Of a stretch of DNA of 64,000 bases, positions 10,847 through 19,116 are shown piece by piece (the first letter of the stretch is position 1; each line of letters begins with the position of its first letter). The position numbers were made by a program, and so were the translations under genes. Location: positions 25,143 to 89,142 of the forward strand of contig CAMYAO010000002.1 in assembly GCA_947253885.1 (NCBI GenBank), in the 5' to 3' direction. This DNA is from an uncultured Clostridium sp. (GTDB taxonomy: Bacteria > Bacillota > Clostridia > Lachnospirales > Lachnospiraceae). Under the pieces are notes generated by a model that was not told the origin of the DNA, made no database searches, and was given only the letters and a program-made list of their open reading frames with translations.

Positions 10847-10875
10847 ATTATAGATAGATAACCGGTCTTTGTCAA
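10847..10875 (-). promoter_or_regulatory. Consensus sigma-A promoter (TTGACA-17-TATAAT) driving the membrane protein-glnS pair
   Basis: On the minus strand: TTGACA (complement of 10870-10875), 17-nt spacer, TATAAT (complement of 10847-10852). This places the TSS about 35 nt upstream of the ATG at 10805. Confidence 0.5.
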
Positions 10876-10961
10876 TGAATCTCCCTGTTCCTTATGTTCC
10901 GGTCAGCACAATATATAGTGGTTCTTTTCAATATCGTTCCTAAAAATACACAACTATATCA

Positions 10962-10990
10962 TTGTAATTTTTTTTTAAAAGACTTATAAT
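10962..10990 (+). promoter_or_regulatory. Putative promoter for the large activase-dehydratase gene (TTGTAA-17-TATAAT)
   Basis: -35 TTGTAA at 10962-10967, 17-nt spacer, perfect -10 TATAAT at 10985-10990. The leader is about 85 nt and contains the imperfect direct repeat ATTGTGCGC / ATTGTGCAC. Confidence 0.35.
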
Positions 10991-11081
10991 GCTATATATT
11001 TTAATGTGTCATTTTATTTGAAACATTGTGCGCTATACTATTGTGCACATTTATAGATGTATTAGAAGTAAGGAAATAACC

Positions 11082-14000
11082 ATGGAAACAACATTTTATA
11101 AACTGGGAGTGGATATTGGTTCCACCACTGTAAAAATTGCGATTCTTGATACGGATAATACCCTTGTATTTTCGGATTATGAACGTCATTTTGCCAATAT
11201 ACGAACCACCCTGTCAAATTTATTAAAAAAAGCATATAAACAACTGGGCAGTATTACACTCGCCCCCATTATTACCGGATCCGGCGGATTAACCCTTGCA
11301 AAACATTTGGAAATCCCGTTTGTTCAGGAAGTAATCGCCGTTTCCTCCGCACTTCAGCATGTTGCACCTCAAACAGATGTTGCAATCGAGCTGGGTGGTG
11401 AAGATGCCAAGATTATCTACTTTGAGGGTGGAAATGTAGAACAGCGCATGAACGGCATCTGTGCCGGCGGTACCGGCTCTTTCATTGATCAGATGGCTTC
11501 GTTGCTTCAGACCGATGCCGGCGGATTAAACGAATATGCCAAGCATTACAAGGAACTCTATACTATTGCCGCACGTTGCGGTGTATTCGCCAAATCAGAT
11601 ATCCAACCCCTTATTAATGAGGGAGCTGCAAAAGAAGATCTTGCAGCCTCTATCTTTCAGGCAGTTGTTAATCAAACCATCAGCGGTCTTGCACAGGGAA
11701 AACCGATCCGCGGACATATCGCCTTCCTCGGAGGACCGCTTCATTTCCTGTCTGAATTAAAAACTGCGTTTATTCGTACTTTAAATCTGGATGAAGAACA
11801 CACCATAGTGCCCGATAATTCTCATCTTTTCGCTGCCATCGGATCTGCCTTAAATTATGAAAAGGATAATATGGTTTCTATTGACAGTCTTTTAGAAAAA
11901 TTAGAAGGAAAGATTGTAATGGAAATAGAGGTGGAACGATTAGATCCTCTTTTTCAGAATTCTGATGATTATGATACTTTTATTGCGGAACACGCTCACG
12001 CTCAGGTAAAAAAAGGAGATCTGGCAACTTACAAAGGAAACTGTTATTTAGGAGTAGACGCCGGATCTACTACCACAAAAGTAGCATTGATCGGCGAAGA
12101 CGGAAGTCTCTTGTACTCCTTTTACAGCAGTAATAACGGAAGTCCTCTTGCAACTTCTATTAAAGCAATTCAGGAAATCTATACACTGCTTCCAGAAGAC
12201 GCCTCAATCGTTCACGGCTGTTCCACCGGCTACGGTGAAGCTTTAGTAAAGGCTGCCCTTATGCTGGAGGAAGGAGAAGTAGAAACCATTGCGCACTATA
12301 CTGCCGCTGCATTTTTTGATCCGGAAGTGGACTGCATTTTAGATATCGGCGGACAGGACATGAAGTGTATCAAAATCAAAAATCATACCGTTGACAGTGT
12401 CCAACTTAATGAAGCCTGTTCTGCAGGTTGCGGTTCTTTTATTGAAACTTTTGCAAAATCATTGGACTTTTCCGTAGAGGATTTTGCAAAAGAAGCACTT
12501 TATGCAGAGCATCCGATTGATCTCGGTACCCGATGTACTGTATTCATGAACTCCAAAGTAAAACAGGCTCAGAAAGAAGGCGCTTCCGTTGCGGATATTT
12601 CTGCCGGACTGGCTTATTCCGTCATTAAAAATGCTCTGTTTAAAGTAATCAAACTGGCAGATGCCTCCGAGCTGGGAAATCATGTTGTAGTTCAGGGAGG
12701 AACTTTCTATAATGATGCAGTTTTTCGTGCATTTGAAGAAGTATCCGGTCGACAAGTCGTGCGCCCTGATATTGCCGGAATTATGGGAGCTTTCGGTGCT
12801 GCTCTTCTTGCCAAAGAGCGTTATAAAAAAACAGGTGTTACAACACTGTTAAACAGTCAGCAGCTGAACGAACTTACCTTTGATACCAAACTTGCCCGTT
12901 GCGGAAAATGTTCGAATAACTGTTTATTGACCATCAATCGTTTTACCGGAAATCGTCGATATATTACCGGAAATCGATGTGAACGTGCCTTTGAAACAAA
13001 AAAAGCAGAGAAAAAAGATACACTTGCAAATCTTTACAACTACAAAATGGATCGCTATTTCAATTATGAACCGCTTACAAAAGGAGAAGCCTTACGAGGT
13101 ATTTTAGGCATTCCTCGTGTTCTAAACCTTTATGAAAACTATCCGTTCTGGGCAACCTTCTTTAAACTGCTGAAGTTCAGAATCGTACTCTCTCCCGCCT
13201 CTACACGAGAGATCTACGAACTGGGAATTGAATCCATTCCATCAGAATCGGAATGCTACCCTGCAAAATTGGCACATGGTCATGTCCAATGGCTGATCAA
13301 TCATGGAATAGAAAAAATTTTCTATCCGTGTATTCCATATGAACGAAAAGAATTTCCGGATGCGAACAACAATTACAATTGTCCGATCGTTGCTTCTTAT
13401 GCGGAAAATATCAAAAATAATGTGGATGATATCACAAACGGAAAGGTAACCTTATACAATCCGTTCCTCTCTTTGGCTGATAAGGATACTGCACTGGCTC
13501 GCCTGACCGTAATAATGAAAGAAACATTCGGAATTCCAGCCAGAGAAGTAAAACCTGCTGTAGAGGCTGCATGGACAGAACTGCTTGCCGCAAGACAGTC
13601 CATGTATGACAAAGGAAAAGAAACCATTCAATGGCTGAAGGAACATCATAAGCGCGGGATTGTACTGGCCGGACGACCATACCATATTGATCCCGAAATC
13701 AATCACGGAATACCAGAACTGATCACAAGCTACGGCTATGCCGTTTTAACAGAGGATTCCGTTTCCGATCTGGCAGAGGTAGAACGTCCTTTAATCGTAC
13801 TGGATCAGTGGATGTACCACTCCCGTTTATATGCCGCTGCACATTATGTACGCTCGACAGACTTTTTAGATCTGATCCAGCTGAATTCATTCGGCTGCGG
13901 TCTGGATGCAGTTACTACAGACTGTGTCAATGATGTATTGGCAGATTCCGGAAAGATTTATACCTGCTTAAAGATTGATGAAGTAAATAACCTTGGTGCC

Positions 14001-15347
14001 GCTCGTATTCGAATCCGTTCCCTTATGGCTGCAATCCGGGAAAGAGAAGAACAAACGGATGAAAAAGCTCTCACACCAGTTCATCACGATCGAGTTGTAT
14101 TTACAGAAGAAATGAGGGAAGAATATACCATCATTGCTCCTCAGATGTCTCCTATTCATTTCGACCTCTTAGGTCCCGCATTTCACTCCTGCGGATACAA
14201 TGTTGTTGTTCTGGAAAATGACAACCGGGATGCGATCAATGCCGGTTTAAAATATGTAAACAATGATGCCTGCTATCCTTCTCTGATTGTAGTAGGACAG
14301 ATGATGGATGCAGTTACATCAGGAAAATATGATGTAAACAAGCTTGCAATTTTAATGTCTCAGACCGGCGGCGGATGCCGTGCCTCCAACTATGTCGGAT
14401 TCATCAGGCGAGCATTAAAAAAAGCCGGATATCCTCAAATTCCTGTTGTTTCATTGAATATGGGCGGCTTAGAATCCAATCCCGGATTTAAATTCACAGC
14501 AAAAATGGGACAAAAGGCAATCTATGGAATTGTGTTTGGTGATATTTTACTGCGTGTAATTAATGCAACAAGACCTTATGAGGCAATAAAAGGTTCTACA
14601 GATGCAATGCATGAAAAGTGGAAACAAAAAATTATTACTTATCTCTGTCAGGAGAAATGGTTAAGTCACAGACAATTCAAAAAAATCTGTAAAGAAATTG
14701 TATATGACTTTGATCATATCGAACGTTTGGATATTATAAAACCGAAAGTCGGCGTTGTTGGAGAGATTTTAGTAAAATTCATGCCGCTTGCCAATAATTA
14801 TCTGACCGATCTGCTGGAGGCGGAAGGTGCGGAGGCCGTTGTGCCGGATTTACTGGACTTCTTCCTGTACAGTTTTTACAACAGTAATTTCAAGGCGGAC
14901 AATCTCGGCATGAAAAAGTCCTCTAAAATAAAGGCTAATCTCGGCATTAAGCTGATTGAGATGCTTCGCGGTACTGCTCATAAAGCATTAGTAGAAAGTA
15001 AGCATTTTGATCCGCCTGCAAGTATCTATGACACTGCAAGAAATGCCAGATCTATTGTTTCAGAGGGAAATCAATCCGGTGAAGGATGGTTTTTAACAGG
15101 TGAAATGATCGAACTGGTTCATGCAGGTGCAAGCAATATTGTCTGCTGCCAACCATTTGGCTGTTTACCAAATCACATTGTCGGAAAAGGTGTCATCAAA
15201 GAAATGAGACACCAGTATCCGGAAGCAAATATTGTTGCATTGGATTTTGATCCCGGCGCAAGTGAAGTAAACCAATTGAATCGTATTAAACTGATGCTCA
15301 CTACTGCAAAACGCAAACTGGAGGCAAAAACATCAGCATCCGAATAA
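11082..15347 (+). CDS. Fused protein: two BadF/BadG/BcrA/BcrD (HgdC-like) ATPase activase domains followed by a 2-hydroxyacyl-CoA-dehydratase-like (HgdB/YjiM-type) region; 'acyl-CoA dehydratase activase-related protein'
   Basis: Two ASKHA repeats (LGVDIGSTTVKIAIL...CAGGTGSF and LGVDAGSTTTKVALI...CSAGCGSF, the cluster-bridging Cys of HgdC-type activators). A Cys-rich linker (CGKCSNNC...C), then about 800 aa with dehydratase-component-like motifs. Start set at METTFYKLGVD (11082), with AGGAAA 5 nt upstream. The ORF-track start at 11028 is an upstream extension. Confidence 0.75.
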   Translation: METTFYKLGVDIGSTTVKIAILDTDNTLVFSDYERHFANIRTTLSNLLKKAYKQLGSITLAPIITGSGGLTLAKHLEIPFVQEVIAVSSALQHVAPQTDVAIELGGEDAKIIYFEGGNVEQRMNGICAGGTGSFIDQMASLLQTDAGGLNEYAKHYKELYTIAARCGVFAKSDIQPLINEGAAKEDLAASIFQAVVNQTISGLAQGKPIRGHIAFLGGPLHFLSELKTAFIRTLNLDEEHTIVPDNSHLFAAIGSALNYEKDNMVSIDSLLEKLEGKIVMEIEVERLDPLFQNSDDYDTFIAEHAHAQVKKGDLATYKGNCYLGVDAGSTTTKVALIGEDGSLLYSFYSSNNGSPLATSIKAIQEIYTLLPEDASIVHGCSTGYGEALVKAALMLEEGEVETIAHYTAAAFFDPEVDCILDIGGQDMKCIKIKNHTVDSVQLNEACSAGCGSFIETFAKSLDFSVEDFAKEALYAEHPIDLGTRCTVFMNSKVKQAQKEGASVADISAGLAYSVIKNALFKVIKLADASELGNHVVVQGGTFYNDAVFRAFEEVSGRQVVRPDIAGIMGAFGAALLAKERYKKTGVTTLLNSQQLNELTFDTKLARCGKCSNNCLLTINRFTGNRRYITGNRCERAFETKKAEKKDTLANLYNYKMDRYFNYEPLTKGEALRGILGIPRVLNLYENYPFWATFFKLLKFRIVLSPASTREIYELGIESIPSESECYPAKLAHGHVQWLINHGIEKIFYPCIPYERKEFPDANNNYNCPIVASYAENIKNNVDDITNGKVTLYNPFLSLADKDTALARLTVIMKETFGIPAREVKPAVEAAWTELLAARQSMYDKGKETIQWLKEHHKRGIVLAGRPYHIDPEINHGIPELITSYGYAVLTEDSVSDLAEVERPLIVLDQWMYHSRLYAAAHYVRSTDFLDLIQLNSFGCGLDAVTTDCVNDVLADSGKIYTCLKIDEVNNLGAARIRIRSLMAAIREREEQTDEKALTPVHHDRVVFTEEMREEYTIIAPQMSPIHFDLLGPAFHSCGYNVVVLENDNRDAINAGLKYVNNDACYPSLIVVGQMMDAVTSGKYDVNKLAILMSQTGGGCRASNYVGFIRRALKKAGYPQIPVVSLNMGGLESNPGFKFTAKMGQKAIYGIVFGDILLRVINATRPYEAIKGSTDAMHEKWKQKIITYLCQEKWLSHRQFKKICKEIVYDFDHIERLDIIKPKVGVVGEILVKFMPLANNYLTDLLEAEGAEAVVPDLLDFFLYSFYNSNFKADNLGMKKSSKIKANLGIKLIEMLRGTAHKALVESKHFDPPASIYDTARNARSIVSEGNQSGEGWFLTGEMIELVHAGASNIVCCQPFGCLPNHIVGKGVIKEMRHQYPEANIVALDFDPGASEVNQLNRIKLMLTTAKRKLEAKTSASE

Positions 15348-15371
15348 GACAGAAATATAATTCGCCATTTG

Positions 15372-15398
15372 TTAGCACTCTTTTTAAAAGAGTGCTAA
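15372..15398. promoter_or_regulatory. CIRCE element (HrcA operator): TTAGCACTC-N9-GAGTGCTAA, perfect match, followed by TTTT. It probably also acts as the terminator of the upstream gene.
   Basis: 15372-15380 TTAGCACTC, a 9-nt spacer (TTTTTAAAA), 15390-15398 GAGTGCTAA. This is identical to the established CIRCE consensus, 80 nt upstream of the htpG start. Confidence 0.75.
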
Positions 15399-15405
15399 TT
15401 TTCTA

Positions 15406-15434
15406 TTGACATTAAAAAATGATAGGGTTATAGT
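15406..15434 (+). promoter_or_regulatory. Near-consensus sigma-A promoter for htpG (TTGACA-17-TATAGT)
   Basis: TTGACA at 15406-15411, 17-nt spacer, TATAGT at 15429-15434, AGGAG RBS at 15463-15467. An alternative weaker promoter with a perfect -10 TATAAT (15355-15360) lies upstream of the CIRCE. Confidence 0.5.
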
Positions 15435-15477
15435 TTTTATTAGAGAAAACGTAACAAACTAAAGGAGTGATTTTTTT

Positions 15478-17499
15478 ATGAGTAAAAAACAAGGTAGTCT
15501 TTCAATTAATAGTGAAAATATTTTCCCTATTATAAAAAAATGGATGTATTCCGATCACGATATTTTTATTCGAGAATTAATCTCTAATGGCTGTGATGCT
15601 ATAACAAAATTAAAAAAATTGGATCTAATGGGAGAATATGAGCTTCCGGAAGATTATGAGGCAAATATTCTGATTGAATTTAATCCTGAAGATAAAACCC
15701 TGACCATTACAGATACCGGACTGGGGATGACAGAATCCGAGGTAGAAGAATATATTAATCAGATTGCTTTTTCCGGTGCTACTGATTTCCTGGATAAATA
15801 TAAGGATAAAGCTAACGAAGAACAGATTATAGGGCATTTCGGTTTGGGATTCTACTCTTCTTTTATGGTTGCAGATGAAGTCCACATTGATACTCTTTCT
15901 TTCCAAAAAAATGCAAAACCGGTATTATGGACCTGTGACGGCGGCACGGAATTTGAACTGGAGGAAGGTACAAAGACAGAAGTCGGTACCACCATCACTC
16001 TGTTTTTAAATGATGATTGCTTAGAGTTTGCAAATGAATATAGACTTCGTGAAGTCATCGAAAAGTACTGCTCTTTTATGCCTTATAAAATTTTCTTAAA
16101 GAAAGAAAATGCAGAACCCGAGTACGAAACGATTCTTCCGGAAGAAAAAACAGAAAAAGATGTTGTCATTGAAACAATTGTGGAGGAGGCAAAAACAGAA
16201 GAAAGAGAAACAGAAAACGGTGAAAAGGAAGTCGTGGAAGTTTCTCCTGCTATTGAAAAATTAAAGATTCTAAAGCGTCCCGTACCTTTAAATGATATTC
16301 ACCCTCTTTGGGCAAAACAACCGAGCGAATGTACCAAGGAAGACTACATTTCCTTTTATCAGAAGGTTTTTCATGATTATAAAGAACCTCTTTTTTGGAT
16401 TCATCTGAACATGGACTATCCTTTTAACCTGAAAGGAATCCTGTATTTTCCTAAAATCAATCTTCAGTATGAAGCGGCAGAGGGAATCATAAAGCTATAC
16501 AATAATCAAGTATTTATTGCAGACAACATCAAAGAAGTGATTCCTGATTTCTTGATGTTGTTAAAGGGTGTAATTGATTGTCCTGATCTTCCATTAAATG
16601 TTTCTAGAAGTGCATTGCAAAACGATGGTTTTGTACAAAAGATCAACGATTATATTACAAAAAAAGTAGCGGATAAATTATCCGGGCTGTGTAAAACTGA
16701 AAAAGAAAACTACGAAAAATACTGGGATGATATTGCACCTTTCATCAAATACGGTTGTCTGAGGGACACCAAATTCTGTGATAAGATGAACGATTATATT
16801 CTGTTCAAAGACTTAAATGACAAGTACCAGACTCTTCCGGAACTGATGAAACAACAAGAATCAGCGGAAGAAAATCCAGAAGAAACTGCTAAAGAAAAAG
16901 AAATCATCTATTATGTCACTGACAAAAATCAACAGGGACAATACATTAAAATGTTTAAAGAACATGATATGAATGCAGTTCTTCTTGACAGTGAAATCGA
17001 CAGTTCCTTTATCACTCAATTAGAGCAGCGCAATCAAAACTATTCTTTTAAGAGAATTGATGCCGATATTACCGGGGCTCTGACAGAAACAATCTCAGAA
17101 GAAGAAGTCAAAGAAGCTTCCGAGATCCTCTCTTCCGCTTTTCAGGAAGCACTTTCCAATGAAAAGCTCCAGATAAAGGTAGAGAAACTAAAAGACAACT
17201 CTATTGCCTCCGTATTAACCGTTTCAGAAGAAGGACGCCGCATGCAGGATATGATGCGTGCATTCTCCGGAGGTTCCGGAATGGATGCCGGACTTTTTAA
17301 TGGAGAAGAAACATTAATTGTAAATCTTTCGAATCCGCTAGTTTCCTTTATCATAGAACATAAAGATTCCGAACGTGTTCCAATCTTTTGCCATCAATTA
17401 TACGATCTTGCAAAACTGAGCAACCAGCCTTTGTCTCCGGAAGAGATGTCCGAATTTATAAACCGCAGTAATGAAATTATGATGTTATTAACAAAATAA
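15478..17499 (+). CDS. htpG: Hsp90-family chaperone HtpG
   Basis: N-terminal GHKL ATPase motifs (ELISNGCDA, ITDTGLGMT, GHFGLGFYS) and the Hsp90 middle and C-terminal domains. Contains a long acidic charged linker. Confidence 0.9.
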   Translation: MSKKQGSLSINSENIFPIIKKWMYSDHDIFIRELISNGCDAITKLKKLDLMGEYELPEDYEANILIEFNPEDKTLTITDTGLGMTESEVEEYINQIAFSGATDFLDKYKDKANEEQIIGHFGLGFYSSFMVADEVHIDTLSFQKNAKPVLWTCDGGTEFELEEGTKTEVGTTITLFLNDDCLEFANEYRLREVIEKYCSFMPYKIFLKKENAEPEYETILPEEKTEKDVVIETIVEEAKTEERETENGEKEVVEVSPAIEKLKILKRPVPLNDIHPLWAKQPSECTKEDYISFYQKVFHDYKEPLFWIHLNMDYPFNLKGILYFPKINLQYEAAEGIIKLYNNQVFIADNIKEVIPDFLMLLKGVIDCPDLPLNVSRSALQNDGFVQKINDYITKKVADKLSGLCKTEKENYEKYWDDIAPFIKYGCLRDTKFCDKMNDYILFKDLNDKYQTLPELMKQQESAEENPEETAKEKEIIYYVTDKNQQGQYIKMFKEHDMNAVLLDSEIDSSFITQLEQRNQNYSFKRIDADITGALTETISEEEVKEASEILSSAFQEALSNEKLQIKVEKLKDNSIASVLTVSEEGRRMQDMMRAFSGGSGMDAGLFNGEETLIVNLSNPLVSFIIEHKDSERVPIFCHQLYDLAKLSNQPLSPEEMSEFINRSNEIMMLLTK

Positions 17500-17501
17500 T
17501 C

Positions 17502-17534
17502 AAAAGAGAGGTATACAATGTATACCTCTCTTTT
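17502..17534. terminator. Bidirectional terminator between htpG (+) and the permease gene (-)
   Basis: Perfect 13-bp palindrome AGAGAGGTATACA-A-TGTATACCTCTCT, flanked by an A-run and TTTT. Confidence 0.55.
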
Positions 17535-17536
17535 GA

Positions 17537-18865
17537 TTATAAAGAATGCGCTTCCATATTTTTAGGAAGTACCAGATTTAAAATAACTGCTACCAAAAAA
17601 GTAACTGCTACACAGTTCTGTGCAAATACATTCTGTGCCATAAGCGGAAAATGTGCAAAAATCTTAGGAACCTGTGTAAATCCGATTCCTATACTCAAAG
17701 ACAATGCGGCAATTACAACATTTCGCTGTGTATAACCTGCTTTTCCAATCATTTGGATTCCCGATACCACAATGCTTCCGAACATCATCAGCGTACATCC
17801 TCCCAATACCGGATTCGGAAGTGTTGCCAGCAATGCTCCGATCGGAGGAAATATACCTGCGAGAACCAGTATAACCGCACCTATTCCGATCGTATAGCGA
17901 TTCACCACCCGTGTCATTGCCACTAACCCTACATTTTGACTGTAAGAAGTAATCGGAATACAGCCAAATAATGAAGATAAAGCCGATACGAATCCGTCAC
18001 AACAGATAGAACCGCTCAATTCATTTGACGTGATATCTCTCTGCAAACCGCTGACTGCCAATGCTGAAGAATCTCCTATTGTTTCCGTTGCAGATACTAA
18101 AAAAATCAGTGTTACAGATATAATCGCATTGATATTAAATTCAATACGATAAGGCAGTAAATGAGGTAAAGCCACTATTTTTGCACCATGCAATGCACTG
18201 AAATCCACTGCTCCGAATAAAACCGCCACCACATATCCGACAATCAGACCGAATAAAACAGAAAGCTGTTTGTAATAAGATTTTGCAAAAATCTGAAAAA
18301 ATATACAACTGAGAAGTGTGATGCCTCCTATAATCCAGCTTTCCATATTTCCAAAATTCTTTGCAGATGTGTCTCCCCCTCCGAAAGAAGTAGCACCGAC
18401 TGCCAACAGAGAAAAACCGATTGCCGTTACTACAGAAGCAGATACAATCGGACTGATCAGACGTATCCAGTATTTTGCAAATAACCCCAACACTCCTTCT
18501 ATAATTCCGCCTGCTAAAACTGCTCCCAATACGACCCCGTATCCATAAGTAGTTCCAACAAAACAGATAACGGTGACAAAAGTAAAACTGATTCCCATTA
18601 CAATCGGCAATCTGGAACCAATTTTCCATAACGGAAACAGCTGTATTAAAGTTCCGATACCGGCAATCAGCATAGCATTTTGCAGTAGTGCCGCTGATTG
18701 TGTTGTATTCATTCCCAGTGCTCCCGCCACTACAAGAATCGGAGCAATGTTTCCGACAAACATTGCTAAAATATGTTGTAAACCGAATGGGAACGCCCTG
18801 CTGATCGGAACGCGCCCATCCAACTGATAAATATTGTTTATAGAGCTCTTTTCTGTCTTATTCAT
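17537..18865 (-). CDS. Nucleobase:cation symporter-2 (NCS2) family permease (uracil/xanthine-type)
   Basis: About 12 TM helices with NCS2/UraA-type motifs; GGAGAT RBS; 442 aa. Confidence 0.8.
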   Translation of the reverse strand: MNKTEKSSINNIYQLDGRVPISRAFPFGLQHILAMFVGNIAPILVVAGALGMNTTQSAALLQNAMLIAGIGTLIQLFPLWKIGSRLPIVMGISFTFVTVICFVGTTYGYGVVLGAVLAGGIIEGVLGLFAKYWIRLISPIVSASVVTAIGFSLLAVGATSFGGGDTSAKNFGNMESWIIGGITLLSCIFFQIFAKSYYKQLSVLFGLIVGYVVAVLFGAVDFSALHGAKIVALPHLLPYRIEFNINAIISVTLIFLVSATETIGDSSALAVSGLQRDITSNELSGSICCDGFVSALSSLFGCIPITSYSQNVGLVAMTRVVNRYTIGIGAVILVLAGIFPPIGALLATLPNPVLGGCTLMMFGSIVVSGIQMIGKAGYTQRNVVIAALSLSIGIGFTQVPKIFAHFPLMAQNVFAQNCVAVTFLVAVILNLVLPKNMEAHSL

Positions 18866-18869
18866 TTAC

Positions 18870-19115
18870 CTAAATCTCCACTACTAAAAATCTGCCATCC
18901 GGCAATGAAAAAACTTCTTCTAAATTCTCAATAGAAGAATGGTTCAACTCAGACAGATCCACCCCTGCCTCATCCAGATATTTATGTACTTCTTTTTTAT
19001 CCTTACATACCACTGCCATACTCATCTCTAAAAAATCTTCTGCCTCTTCCATTGTTTCCGCCACTTTTTCCGGAAATAATTGTAACTGTTTTTCTAAGAA
19101 AACTTCCAGACACAT
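18870..19115 (-). CDS. Small acidic hypothetical protein (about 81-87 aa) wedged between maf and the permease gene
   Basis: ORF MCLEVFLEKQLQLFPEKVAETMEEAEDFLEMSMAVVCKDKKEVHKYLDEAGVDLSELNH...GRFLVVEI, with no recognisable family. Its stop is 4 nt from the permease start and its start abuts the maf stop. The ORF-track start at 19133 would overlap maf by 17 nt. Confidence 0.4.
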   Translation of the reverse strand: MCLEVFLEKQLQLFPEKVAETMEEAEDFLEMSMAVVCKDKKEVHKYLDEAGVDLSELNHSSIENLEEVFSLPDGRFLVVEI

Positions 19116-19116
19116 T

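Noticed and set aside
11028-11081. ORF-track N-terminal extensions (MRYTIVHIYRC... on the activase gene; similarly 60523 on alaS, 52712 on rplS, 51467 on rbgA, 39632 on der, 36609 on dut, 3118 on argD, 5239 on argJ, 1220 on the RR)
   Set aside because: In each case an internal start has a proper Shine-Dalgarno at 5-10 nt and matches the conserved N-terminus of the family. The longer versions lack an RBS and/or overlap the upstream gene.
15372-15402. Simple rho-independent terminator hairpin after the big activase gene
   Set aside because: Not wrong, but incomplete. The stem arms are exactly TTAGCACTC / GAGTGCTAA with a 9-nt spacer, which is the CIRCE operator, so it is reported as a regulatory element with a probable secondary terminator role.
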